A DNA stretch of 64,000 bases from an uncultured Clostridium sp. (GTDB lineage Bacteria > Bacillota > Clostridia > TANB77 > CAG-508). The notes beneath the pieces were generated by a model. It ran no database searches. It was given only the letters and a program-made list of their open reading frames with translations, and was not told where the DNA came from. Where the stretch lies: positions 28,109-92,108 of the forward strand of contig CAMEWM010000003.1 of the NCBI GenBank assembly GCA_945946655.1, read 5' to 3'. Shown one piece after another: positions 1 through 8,400 of this stretch; within the stretch, counting starts at the first letter, position 1, and the number at the start of each line of letters is the position of its first letter. Both the position numbers and the translations under genes were made by a program.

Positions 1-44
1 GCAAAGATACTGTTTTCCAAGCAATTGATGTTAACCTTGAATAT

Positions 45-1565
45 GTGAAAGTTAGATTCAATAGTATGATTAGTTCAGATGTAAAAATCCGAGAATTTAC
101 TTTAAATGCGAGAAATAAACAATATAATGCCTTCCTTGTATATATAGATGGTATGATAGATCAGGATATAATGAACAATTACATTCTAAAGCCACTAATG
201 CTAAAAAATAGCGCCAATTCTTTTGATGGTAATCAAAATAGAGTTTTAGCTGAAGTAAAAACAAATAACATTACTGTTAAAAAGATAAAGAAATTTGATA
301 TTATAGAATATATTTCTAATTGTTTACTTCCTCAAAATGCAGTCGAGAAATTATCTAAGTTTGATGACATAATAGATGGAATAAATTCTGGAAACTGTGC
401 TTTATTTATAGATACCCTTGATATAGCTTTTGATATTGAAGTTAAAGGCTTTAAACAGCGTGGCCTCGATACGCCAAATAATGAAACTGTCATTAGAGGT
501 GCACAAGTAGGATTTACAGAAAATTTACGTACAAACACCTCTCTTTTAAGGAGATATATTAATAATGAAAATTTAGTAGTGGAATCTATAAATGTTGGGA
601 AACTGAGTAAAACTTCTTGTGCAATATGCTATTTAAAAAATGTCGCCAATTCGGACTTAGTTGCAGAGGTTCGTTATCGTGTCAGCAATTTAGCTATAGA
701 CTATTTAATTTCTTCGGGTCAGCTTGAACAGCTTATACAAGATGATGATAATTCTAGTCTTCCTCAATTAATATCAACAGAAAGACCTGATAAAACTGCA
801 AATTTATTATTTGATGGAAGAGTAGCCATAATAGTAAACGGTAGTCCATACGTATTAGTAGTTCCTGCTATATTTTCTGATTTTTTATCTTCTCCGGAAG
901 ATTATAACTTAAAACATCAGTATGCAAACTTTTTAAGGATTTTAAGAGTCGTTGCCATTACATTTGCATTACTTCTTCCAGGTATATATATGGCAATAGC
1001 TAATTTTCATCAAGAAATTATTCCAACCGAATTGTTGTACACTATAATTTCAGCTAGAGAAACTGTACCATTTCCTATTTTATTTGAAATTTTAATAATG
1101 GAACTATCCTTTGAGCTTATTAGAGAAGCCAGTATTAGAGTACCTTCCCCAGTTGGTCAAACTATTGGAATTGTTGGTGCATTGATATTAGGGCAAGCGG
1201 CAGTTGATGCAAGTATAGTAAGCCCTATTCTTATAATTATCGTTTCATTCACGGGAATATGCTCTTTCTCGATTCCGGATTTTTCTCTTAGTTTTCACTT
1301 TAGAATAATGAGATTTGTATATATATTATTAGGCTCATTAGCCGGCTTTGTAGGAATTGCCGCAGGGATTTGTGTCCACTTATCAATATTAAGTAATCTA
1401 AAATCATTTGGAGTTAACTATCTAGGAAAAAGCATATTTAATACAAATAAATCTGGCAATGGAATAGTTCTTTCGCCTGCTTATCGTAGAGAAGATAGAT
1501 CTGATTTTCTAAAAAGTAAAAGGCCAAAACTACAAGATACAATTAGCATGAAGTGGAAATATTAA
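45..1565 (+). CDS. Spore germination protein, GerA-family A subunit (GerKA/GerAA-like); N-terminus may extend upstream of the window
   Basis: 506-aa ORF with hydrophilic N-terminal domain followed by multiple TM segments typical of GerAA/GerKA. Reading frame is open to the window edge (no in-frame stop in 3..44), and the listed start is GTG. It is followed immediately by B and C subunit genes. Confidence 0.85.
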   Translation: MKVRFNSMISSDVKIREFTLNARNKQYNAFLVYIDGMIDQDIMNNYILKPLMLKNSANSFDGNQNRVLAEVKTNNITVKKIKKFDIIEYISNCLLPQNAVEKLSKFDDIIDGINSGNCALFIDTLDIAFDIEVKGFKQRGLDTPNNETVIRGAQVGFTENLRTNTSLLRRYINNENLVVESINVGKLSKTSCAICYLKNVANSDLVAEVRYRVSNLAIDYLISSGQLEQLIQDDDNSSLPQLISTERPDKTANLLFDGRVAIIVNGSPYVLVVPAIFSDFLSSPEDYNLKHQYANFLRILRVVAITFALLLPGIYMAIANFHQEIIPTELLYTIISARETVPFPILFEILIMELSFELIREASIRVPSPVGQTIGIVGALILGQAAVDASIVSPILIIIVSFTGICSFSIPDFSLSFHFRIMRFVYILLGSLAGFVGIAAGICVHLSILSNLKSFGVNYLGKSIFNTNKSGNGIVLSPAYRREDRSDFLKSKRPKLQDTISMKWKY

Positions 1566-1582
1566 AGGAGAAAGTAATAAAT

Positions 1583-2689
1583 ATGAGTGTTTATAAAATT
1601 AGCTTATTAGAAGCAACCACATTAATATTAATAGTTACAGTTAACAGATTGGCTATAAGTATCCCTCAAGCAATATTGCTTTCTTGTGGTTCTTCTGCAA
1701 TTTTGAATACTATATATGTTAGTTTAATTGCAATATTGTTAACATATATTATTGTAAGACTATTTAGAAAATTTCCAGATTCAGATATTATTGATGTTTC
1801 GGAGTTTCTAGGTGGCAAATTTTTAAAATATGTAGTTGGTACTCTTTTCTTTATATATATTGTTATTATACTATCTTTTCTTTTGAGAGATTTTATAGAA
1901 ATACTACGTGTTCTTTACTACACCGATACTCCAATAGTTTATTTGTTATCTTTTTTTATTGTTGTATGTATTATTGCGAACCTATTAGGAAGCAAAAGTA
2001 TTGTAAAAACTAATGTAATACTATGTATAATAATGATTATTGGCCTATTAATCGCTTTCTCTTCAGTTATTCCTAATTTGACTATTCAAAGAATATTTCC
2101 TATTTTAGGGTATGGTAGTTATACTACATTCTTCTCAGGACTTACTAATATTTTAGCTTTTAATGGGTTGTCAATTTTGTATTTAGTTCCGCCAATGTTA
2201 AACGATAAAAAGGATTTTAAAAAAGCCAGTATGATAGCTGTATGTATATCTGCAATATTAATAATTTTAGCAACTTCTAGTATGCTTTTAGCCTTTTCTT
2301 TTAGCACAAATATTGAAAAAATATCACCATTATATACTTTACTATCAAATAATGAATTTGGGAAATATTTTCAACATCCAGAATCCTTATTTGTCTTTAC
2401 TTGGATTTTATCATTTATGAGTTATATAAATGTAGCATGCCTATTGCTAGTGCAAATATTAAAGAAGCTAACAAATGTCAAAAATGGCAAACCATTCATT
2501 TTTCCGATATGTATCGCAATTATTGTTTTAACTCTATTACCAAGAAATATGATTCAAGCTCGTGAGTTTGGAAATTATTTATCAAAATACTTTGCAACTC
2601 CAATCACTTTTATAGTCTTTCCACTCATAATGATTTTTGCTAATTTAAAATACAAAAAACAAAAAGGTAATGGAAAGGAGGAAATATAA
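1583..2689 (+). CDS. Spore germination protein, GerAB/GerKB-family permease subunit (APC-superfamily-like, about 10 TM)
   Basis: Highly hydrophobic multi-TM protein directly downstream of the A subunit, with start overlap or coupling to the A-subunit stop. ATG at 1583 is preceded by AAGGAG at 1563-1568; the track ORF starts at an alternative GTG at 1553. Confidence 0.85.
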   Translation: MSVYKISLLEATTLILIVTVNRLAISIPQAILLSCGSSAILNTIYVSLIAILLTYIIVRLFRKFPDSDIIDVSEFLGGKFLKYVVGTLFFIYIVIILSFLLRDFIEILRVLYYTDTPIVYLLSFFIVVCIIANLLGSKSIVKTNVILCIIMIIGLLIAFSSVIPNLTIQRIFPILGYGSYTTFFSGLTNILAFNGLSILYLVPPMLNDKKDFKKASMIAVCISAILIILATSSMLLAFSFSTNIEKISPLYTLLSNNEFGKYFQHPESLFVFTWILSFMSYINVACLLLVQILKKLTNVKNGKPFIFPICIAIIVLTLLPRNMIQAREFGNYLSKYFATPITFIVFPLIMIFANLKYKKQKGNGKEEI

Positions 2690-2690
2690 T

Positions 2691-3872
2691 ATGAGTATCG
2701 CATCAAATGTAAAAAAAATATCTATTATACTATTAGCTGTATTTGTAATATTATTTGCTCTATCAGCGCCTTACAGTACGCATAATATTGATAAATTAGC
2801 ATACGTGATTGCTCTTGGTTTAGATGTCGGGCAAAACGATAAGCTAAGACTTACTATTCAACTTTCCAAGCCAGAAGGAAGTTCTGGAGGTTCTTCAGGT
2901 AGTTCTTACACTAATATAATTGACACAGTTGAATGTTCTTCTATAGATTCTGGCATAAGTTTGTTTAATAGCTATATTAGCAGAAGACTTAACTTATCTC
3001 ATTGCAAAGTAATTGTAATATCTGCCAACCTTGCTGCTACGCAGGGAGTATCAGATTATATATATACTCTACTTAATAATGTTGAAATGAGTCCTCATGC
3101 AAGTATTATAGTTAGTAAAACACCCGCGGATGAATTTTTAAATAGCTCCCAACCAGAACTTGAGGATTTAGCTTCCAGATATTATGAAGTTTCTCTTGCT
3201 TCCAATAAATATACAGGTTATACTTCAAATGTATCCTTAATACGATTCTTTTCTGACTGTGTAGATACATTTACGAATCCTGTGGCCATTCTCGGATCTA
3301 TTGGCGATATGCCTATTAAGTCAAATGATAACATTGAAAATATGGGACTTGCTATTTTTAAAAATGACAAACTAGTTGGCGAATTAAGTGCTCAAGAAAC
3401 AATTTGGCACATGATTGTCTCTAATCAATTGAAATCCTGTACTATAAGTATTCCTGACCCTCTCGGCGATACAGAAAGTATAGATTTAAATCTAAAACTC
3501 GACTGTGTTCCCAAAAAATCAGTTAACTTAATTAATGGAACTCCCCATATTTCTTGTAAAATAAAAATTAAGGCTCAAATTTTATCGGCTACTCAGCAAT
3601 CCACTTCTAATGAGACTAATTATTACAAAAAAGAAAACTTGCGATTAATAGAAACAACTTGTAATGAATATTTAGAAAAAAATATTAAAGATTATTTATA
3701 TAAAACGGCCAAGACCTACAATTCCGATATAGATGGCTTTGGCAAGTATGCCGTAAAATATTTTTCAACCACTCAAGCTTGGGAAGAATATAATTGGCTT
3801 GATAATTATCATAATAGTATATTTAATGTAGAAGTTGACAGTACAATAAAGTCTGGATACAGCTTTTTATAA
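2691..3872 (+). CDS. Spore germination protein, GerAC/GerKC-family C subunit (atypical: no lipobox cysteine at the N-terminus)
   Basis: Third gene of the ger operon. It has an N-terminal hydrophobic signal or anchor segment and GerAC-like conserved blocks (VIALGLD...KLRLTIQ). AAGGAGG at 2673-2679 is followed by ATG at 2691. No Cys after the signal segment. Confidence 0.75.
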   Translation: MSIASNVKKISIILLAVFVILFALSAPYSTHNIDKLAYVIALGLDVGQNDKLRLTIQLSKPEGSSGGSSGSSYTNIIDTVECSSIDSGISLFNSYISRRLNLSHCKVIVISANLAATQGVSDYIYTLLNNVEMSPHASIIVSKTPADEFLNSSQPELEDLASRYYEVSLASNKYTGYTSNVSLIRFFSDCVDTFTNPVAILGSIGDMPIKSNDNIENMGLAIFKNDKLVGELSAQETIWHMIVSNQLKSCTISIPDPLGDTESIDLNLKLDCVPKKSVNLINGTPHISCKIKIKAQILSATQQSTSNETNYYKKENLRLIETTCNEYLEKNIKDYLYKTAKTYNSDIDGFGKYAVKYFSTTQAWEEYNWLDNYHNSIFNVEVDSTIKSGYSFL

Positions 3873-3892
3873 AATTATAAATTCAATTTTAT

Positions 3893-3958
3893 AAAAAGAA
3901 TTACTTTTATTACATTTAGCATAGAACAAGCTAAATATAATAAAAGTAATTCTTTTTT
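3893..3958. terminator. Long inverted repeat (about 19-bp arms) acting as a bidirectional terminator between convergent gerC and ftsH
   Basis: aaaagaattacttttatta ... taataaaagtaattctttttt, a perfect inverted repeat flanked by A-run and T-run between two convergent stop codons. Confidence 0.6.
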
Positions 3959-3991
3959 CATATTTATTAAATTTCAATTTTAGTTTGAAGA

Positions 3992-5845
3992 TTATTCTTC
4001 AAATAGTTTTTCAAATTCTTCTGCTGATATCACTTCTTTTTCTATTAATAAAGCAGCTAATTCATGTAATTTGTCTATATGCTTTACTAATATTGATTGG
4101 GCTTTTGAATATGCATCGTCTATTAATGTTTTTACTTCTTTTCCTATTGCATTTTCCATGCTTTCACCAAACAATTGCATTTGATAAGGATCTTTCTCTA
4201 GGTTTATGCTTAATGGTCCTATATTATCGCTCATGCCATAGATAGTTACCATATTTTTGGCAATATCTGTTGCAACTTCTAAATCGTTACTTGCTCCTGT
4301 TGATATATCATTTAGTATTAATTTTTCAGAAGCTCTTCCACCCAATAAAGCAACTAATTTTTCTAGCATTTCTGTTTTCGATATATAGTATTTGTCTTCA
4401 TTTGTTTTATACATTGTATATCCTCCGGCAATTCCTCTAGGAATTATCGATACTTCTTTAATATCCTTTTGAGTTTCTAAAAATCTGCTTACTATAGCAT
4501 GTCCTGCCTCATGATATGCTGTTAATCTTTTATCTTTATCAGACATTATTCTACTATGCTTTTCCACTCCAACTGTAACTTTCTTTAGAGCATCATCTAT
4601 ATCTTTATTTGTTATAGCTTTTTCTTTGTTAATTGTTGCAATTATTGCTGCTTCATTTAAGATATTTTCCAACTCTGCACCAGTAAAACCTGCTGTATCT
4701 CCTGCAATTGCTTTTAAGTCTACATCATCCGCTAACTTTTTATCTTTTGAATGTATTTTTAATATTGCCTCTCTTCCATTCATATCTGGAAGTCCTATCG
4801 TTATTTGTCTATCAAATCTTCCTGGTCTTAATAGGGCTTTATCCAACATATCTGGTCTATTGGTAGCAGCTAATAATATAACAGTATGTTCTGAATCAAA
4901 TCCGTCCATTTCTACTAGTAACTGATTTAAAGTTTGATTATTATCTGCATCAGCAGCAGTAGAACCATCTGTTCTCTTTGAACCTATAGCATCTATCTCA
5001 TCTATAAAAATGATTGATGGAGACATCTTTTTAGCTTTGTCAAATAACTTTCTTACTCTTGAAGCACCAAGTCCAGCAAACATTTCTGTAAATTCTGAAC
5101 CACTCATTGATATAAATGGCACATCTGCCTCTCCTGCTATCGCTTTTGCAATTAATGTTTTACCCGTTCCAGGTTGTCCACATAGTAAAACTCCCTTTGG
5201 AATTTTGGCTCCCATTTTATAAAACTCTTCTGGATTTTTCAAGAAATTAACAATTTCTATCATTTCTTGTTTTTCTTCATCTAGTCCTGCTACATCATCA
5301 AATGTTGTTTTTACATTTTCCTCATCTGCTTCATATACTTTTCCTTTATCTCCAAGTCCCTGCATTTGTATTAATAAAACAAATAGTACTACCATTAAAA
5401 TTGTTGGTAATATGGTAAATGCTTTATCTGCAATAGTTAAAAATATGTTTGGTTTTTCTTGAATTAATTCTATTGCATTACCCTCTTGCACTTTTTCCTG
5501 TACTAGTTCAATAAAAGCTTGCGTACTTGGTACAATACCTGTTCTAGGCTCTTTCTCTCCTTTTAGTGTAACTTTCACAGTGGTACTACCAACTGTCATT
5601 TTTATTTTTTCCACATTGCCATCATCTATTTGTTTAATCAAATTTGTATAAGAAATTTCATCTTCTCCAATTGTATCTTCATCTTCTTTTGGTTTCACTA
5701 TAGCAAATATTATGCTTCCAGCTAAGACTACAGTAAGCAAAGCTATTAATATCCATAATATAATTTTTTTAGATTTCTCTTCGTCTTTCTTATTTTTTCT
5801 TTTTTTGTCGTCTTTTTCTTTGTCTTTCAATATTTTACCCTCCAA
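3992..5845 (-). CDS. ftsH: ATP-dependent zinc metalloprotease FtsH
   Basis: 617 aa. N-terminal TM, periplasmic segment and second TM. AAA+ Walker A (GQPGTGKT), Walker B (IIFIDEID) and second region of homology. M41 zinc site HEAGHAIV near the C-terminus. Confidence 0.95.
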   Translation of the reverse strand: MEGKILKDKEKDDKKRKNKKDEEKSKKIILWILIALLTVVLAGSIIFAIVKPKEDEDTIGEDEISYTNLIKQIDDGNVEKIKMTVGSTTVKVTLKGEKEPRTGIVPSTQAFIELVQEKVQEGNAIELIQEKPNIFLTIADKAFTILPTILMVVLFVLLIQMQGLGDKGKVYEADEENVKTTFDDVAGLDEEKQEMIEIVNFLKNPEEFYKMGAKIPKGVLLCGQPGTGKTLIAKAIAGEADVPFISMSGSEFTEMFAGLGASRVRKLFDKAKKMSPSIIFIDEIDAIGSKRTDGSTAADADNNQTLNQLLVEMDGFDSEHTVILLAATNRPDMLDKALLRPGRFDRQITIGLPDMNGREAILKIHSKDKKLADDVDLKAIAGDTAGFTGAELENILNEAAIIATINKEKAITNKDIDDALKKVTVGVEKHSRIMSDKDKRLTAYHEAGHAIVSRFLETQKDIKEVSIIPRGIAGGYTMYKTNEDKYYISKTEMLEKLVALLGGRASEKLILNDISTGASNDLEVATDIAKNMVTIYGMSDNIGPLSINLEKDPYQMQLFGESMENAIGKEVKTLIDDAYSKAQSILVKHIDKLHELAALLIEKEVISAEEFEKLFEE

Positions 5846-5850
5846 AATAT

Positions 5851-6927
5851 TTATACATTGCTTTCTTCTGGTTTATCTCCAATATCTGGAGATTTTTCTT
5901 TTTTTCGTTCTTCCTTCTTTTCTTTTTCTTTTTGTTTCTCTTTTTCTTTCTTCTCTTGATTTTCGGCTTCTTCGTCATCTTCTTTTTGCTTATTAGCTTC
6001 TTGTTCTTCCCTTATGCGCTGTTGCTCGCTTTTTATTTTTTCTACCTCTACTTGCCTTTTTATATAATCTGATCTAATTATTAATATAGCAGTAATGATA
6101 TAAATATATGATATTGCTGTATACATGAATTGGAAATATTTTATTGTACATCCCGTAAATCCATTGATAATTATATATAACATATTTAATATTATTGGTA
6201 GAGTAAGTGCATGTACTCCCATACTAAATGCAGCGCTAAATCTAATTTTCATTCCAGTAATTCTAGCTGTTAGATATCCTAGTACTCCCAAGACTAAGGC
6301 ATCTACTAAAATGCTAGCAATGTATACTGCAAACATATACATATATATAGTTATGAATACCGAAGCATATATTTGTATTATATTGTTATTAAAATAATTT
6401 AATATTTCCTGCTTGTCTAATGATGTTATGTTATACTGAACTAAAAGATCTTTATACGTAGTTTCTGATACCGCTGACAACATTTCATTTTTTAATATTA
6501 GCTTTTCCTTTAATAAAACAATTCCATTTGCTTCATTTTTTATATTATCTCTATACTCATTAATCTGTTCTTCCGTTAAATCTGATGTATCAATTATTAT
6601 CTTTCCTGTTATATTATTTTGGCTACTAACTTCTAGCTTTTCATCATTGTTAATTTTTAGAATGCCATCTGCATATTTCAACGATTTCACATTTTCATCA
6701 AAATAGCCTAATGCACTATTAAATGAATTGGAGAATTTATATACTGTCATTATAGCAACAACAAGTGTAAATATTGCAACAATTTTTAACAGGTAACTGG
6801 CCGTTTTTCCCATTCCCTCAAGACCAAAGTCTTCATATTTTTCAAAGTTTTTTATACTCTTTAATACTGTTTTAAAAAAACCTTCTTTTTTTATTATATT
6901 ATCTTCATTATTACTTGTTTCTGGCAT
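5851..6927 (-). CDS. Polytopic membrane protein of unknown function (possibly DUF1189-like) with extremely Lys/Glu-rich C-terminal tail; co-operonic with ftsH
   Basis: 358 aa with several TM helices. C-terminal roughly 70 aa are almost entirely K/E (KEKEKQKEKEKKEERKKEK). Only a 5-nt gap to the ftsH start downstream on the same strand. Confidence 0.55.
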   Translation of the reverse strand: MPETSNNEDNIIKKEGFFKTVLKSIKNFEKYEDFGLEGMGKTASYLLKIVAIFTLVVAIMTVYKFSNSFNSALGYFDENVKSLKYADGILKINNDEKLEVSSQNNITGKIIIDTSDLTEEQINEYRDNIKNEANGIVLLKEKLILKNEMLSAVSETTYKDLLVQYNITSLDKQEILNYFNNNIIQIYASVFITIYMYMFAVYIASILVDALVLGVLGYLTARITGMKIRFSAAFSMGVHALTLPIILNMLYIIINGFTGCTIKYFQFMYTAISYIYIITAILIIRSDYIKRQVEVEKIKSEQQRIREEQEANKQKEDDEEAENQEKKEKEKQKEKEKKEERKKEKSPDIGDKPEESNV

Positions 6928-6956
6928 TATAAAACTCTCCTTCCGAAAATTTATCC

Positions 6957-8372
6957 TTATTTTTCCTTTTTTACTATTATTCCATCTTTAGTATCTTTTA
7001 TGCTATAGCCTTTACTTATTATTAAATCTCTCAATTCATCAGATTTTGACCAATTCTTATCTTCTCTGGCTTTTTTTCTTTCTTCTATAAGTTTTTGTAT
7101 CTCTTCTGGTAGATCTTCATTATTTTCTTCTTTATTAAATTCTGCTAAATATCTTTCTGCATTTTTAATATCTAGTCCTAATACTTTATCAAATTCTAAT
7201 AATAGTTCGGCAAATTTAATTGATTTTTTAGAGTTTCGTGCAATATCCCATACAACGCTCATAGCTCCTGGCATATTCATGTCATCATTTATGTATGATA
7301 TAAATTTTTCTTTATATTCTTCTAATACTGAATCATCTATATCTTCTTTTCCATTTAAATTCTTTACATAGCTGTCGTACAATCTTTCTAATGCTTTTTG
7401 TGCTCCAAGAGCTCCATCAAATGTAAAATTTAATTTATTCCTATAATGAGCTGTAAAGCAGAACAATTTATATGCAAGTGGAGATATTCCTTTTTCTTTT
7501 AGTTGTGATATGGTATAAGTGTTTCCTAAACTCTTTGACATCTTGCCTCCATCTACTAGTAAATATTCACAATGCATCCAAGTCCTCGCTGGCATTTTTC
7601 CAGTTGCTCCCTTAGCTTGAGCAATTTCATTTTCATGGTGAGTTGGAATATGATCTACTCCACCTGTATGAATGTCAAATTCTTCTCCTAAAAATCTTCT
7701 TCCCATAGTAGAACATTCTAGATGCCATCCTGGATATGATAATCCCCAAGGGCTTTCCCACTTCATTATATGATTTTCTGGAGCTTTAATCCAAAGAGCA
7801 AAATCATATGGATTTCTTTTTTCAGGATCCACATCCACTCTAGCACCTGCCATTTGTTCGTCTAAATTTCTATTTGACAATACTGGATATTTATCTAATT
7901 TTGATATATCAAAGTAAATTCCTTTGCTTGTTTCATATGCATATCCATTTTTTAGAATTTCTTGAACATATTCTATCATTTGTGGAATATTTTCTGTTGC
8001 TTTTGTAATTATTTCAGGTTTATCAATATTTAACTTTTCCATATCTTTAAAAAATATTTCTGTATAGAACTCTGCAATCTCGTATGGATCTTTATTCTCC
8101 TTTCGAGCAGCTTTTTCCATTTTGTCTTCACCTTCATCAGCATCAGACTCCAAATGTCCTACATCAGTTATGTTCATAACATGCTTTAACTCATATCCAT
8201 TATATTTCAAAACTCTTCTTAATGTATCCATAAATATATATGTTCTAAAATTTCCTATATGAGCATAGCTGTAGACCGTAGGTCCACAACTATACATTCT
8301 CACTTTGTTATTATCTATAGGTTTAAATTCTTCTTTTTTTCTTGTAAGCGTATTATAAAATGTTAATTTCAT
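6957..8372 (-). CDS. cysS: Cysteine--tRNA ligase
   Basis: Class I aaRS motifs HIGN (HIGH-like) and KMSKS present. Likely true start is the internal Met (MKLTFYNTLTRKKEEF) at 8372, preceded by AAGGAG; the track ORF extends to 8411. Confidence 0.95.
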   Translation of the reverse strand: MKLTFYNTLTRKKEEFKPIDNNKVRMYSCGPTVYSYAHIGNFRTYIFMDTLRRVLKYNGYELKHVMNITDVGHLESDADEGEDKMEKAARKENKDPYEIAEFYTEIFFKDMEKLNIDKPEIITKATENIPQMIEYVQEILKNGYAYETSKGIYFDISKLDKYPVLSNRNLDEQMAGARVDVDPEKRNPYDFALWIKAPENHIMKWESPWGLSYPGWHLECSTMGRRFLGEEFDIHTGGVDHIPTHHENEIAQAKGATGKMPARTWMHCEYLLVDGGKMSKSLGNTYTISQLKEKGISPLAYKLFCFTAHYRNKLNFTFDGALGAQKALERLYDSYVKNLNGKEDIDDSVLEEYKEKFISYINDDMNMPGAMSVVWDIARNSKKSIKFAELLLEFDKVLGLDIKNAERYLAEFNKEENNEDLPEEIQKLIEERKKAREDKNWSKSDELRDLIISKGYSIKDTKDGIIVKKEK

Positions 8373-8400
8373 ATGCTCTCCTTTTCTGGTTTCAGCTACA

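Noticed and set aside
4626-5222. ORFs 4626-4925 and 5010-5222 on the + strand inside ftsH
   Set aside because: They are antisense shadow ORFs within a strongly supported gene and have low-complexity translations.
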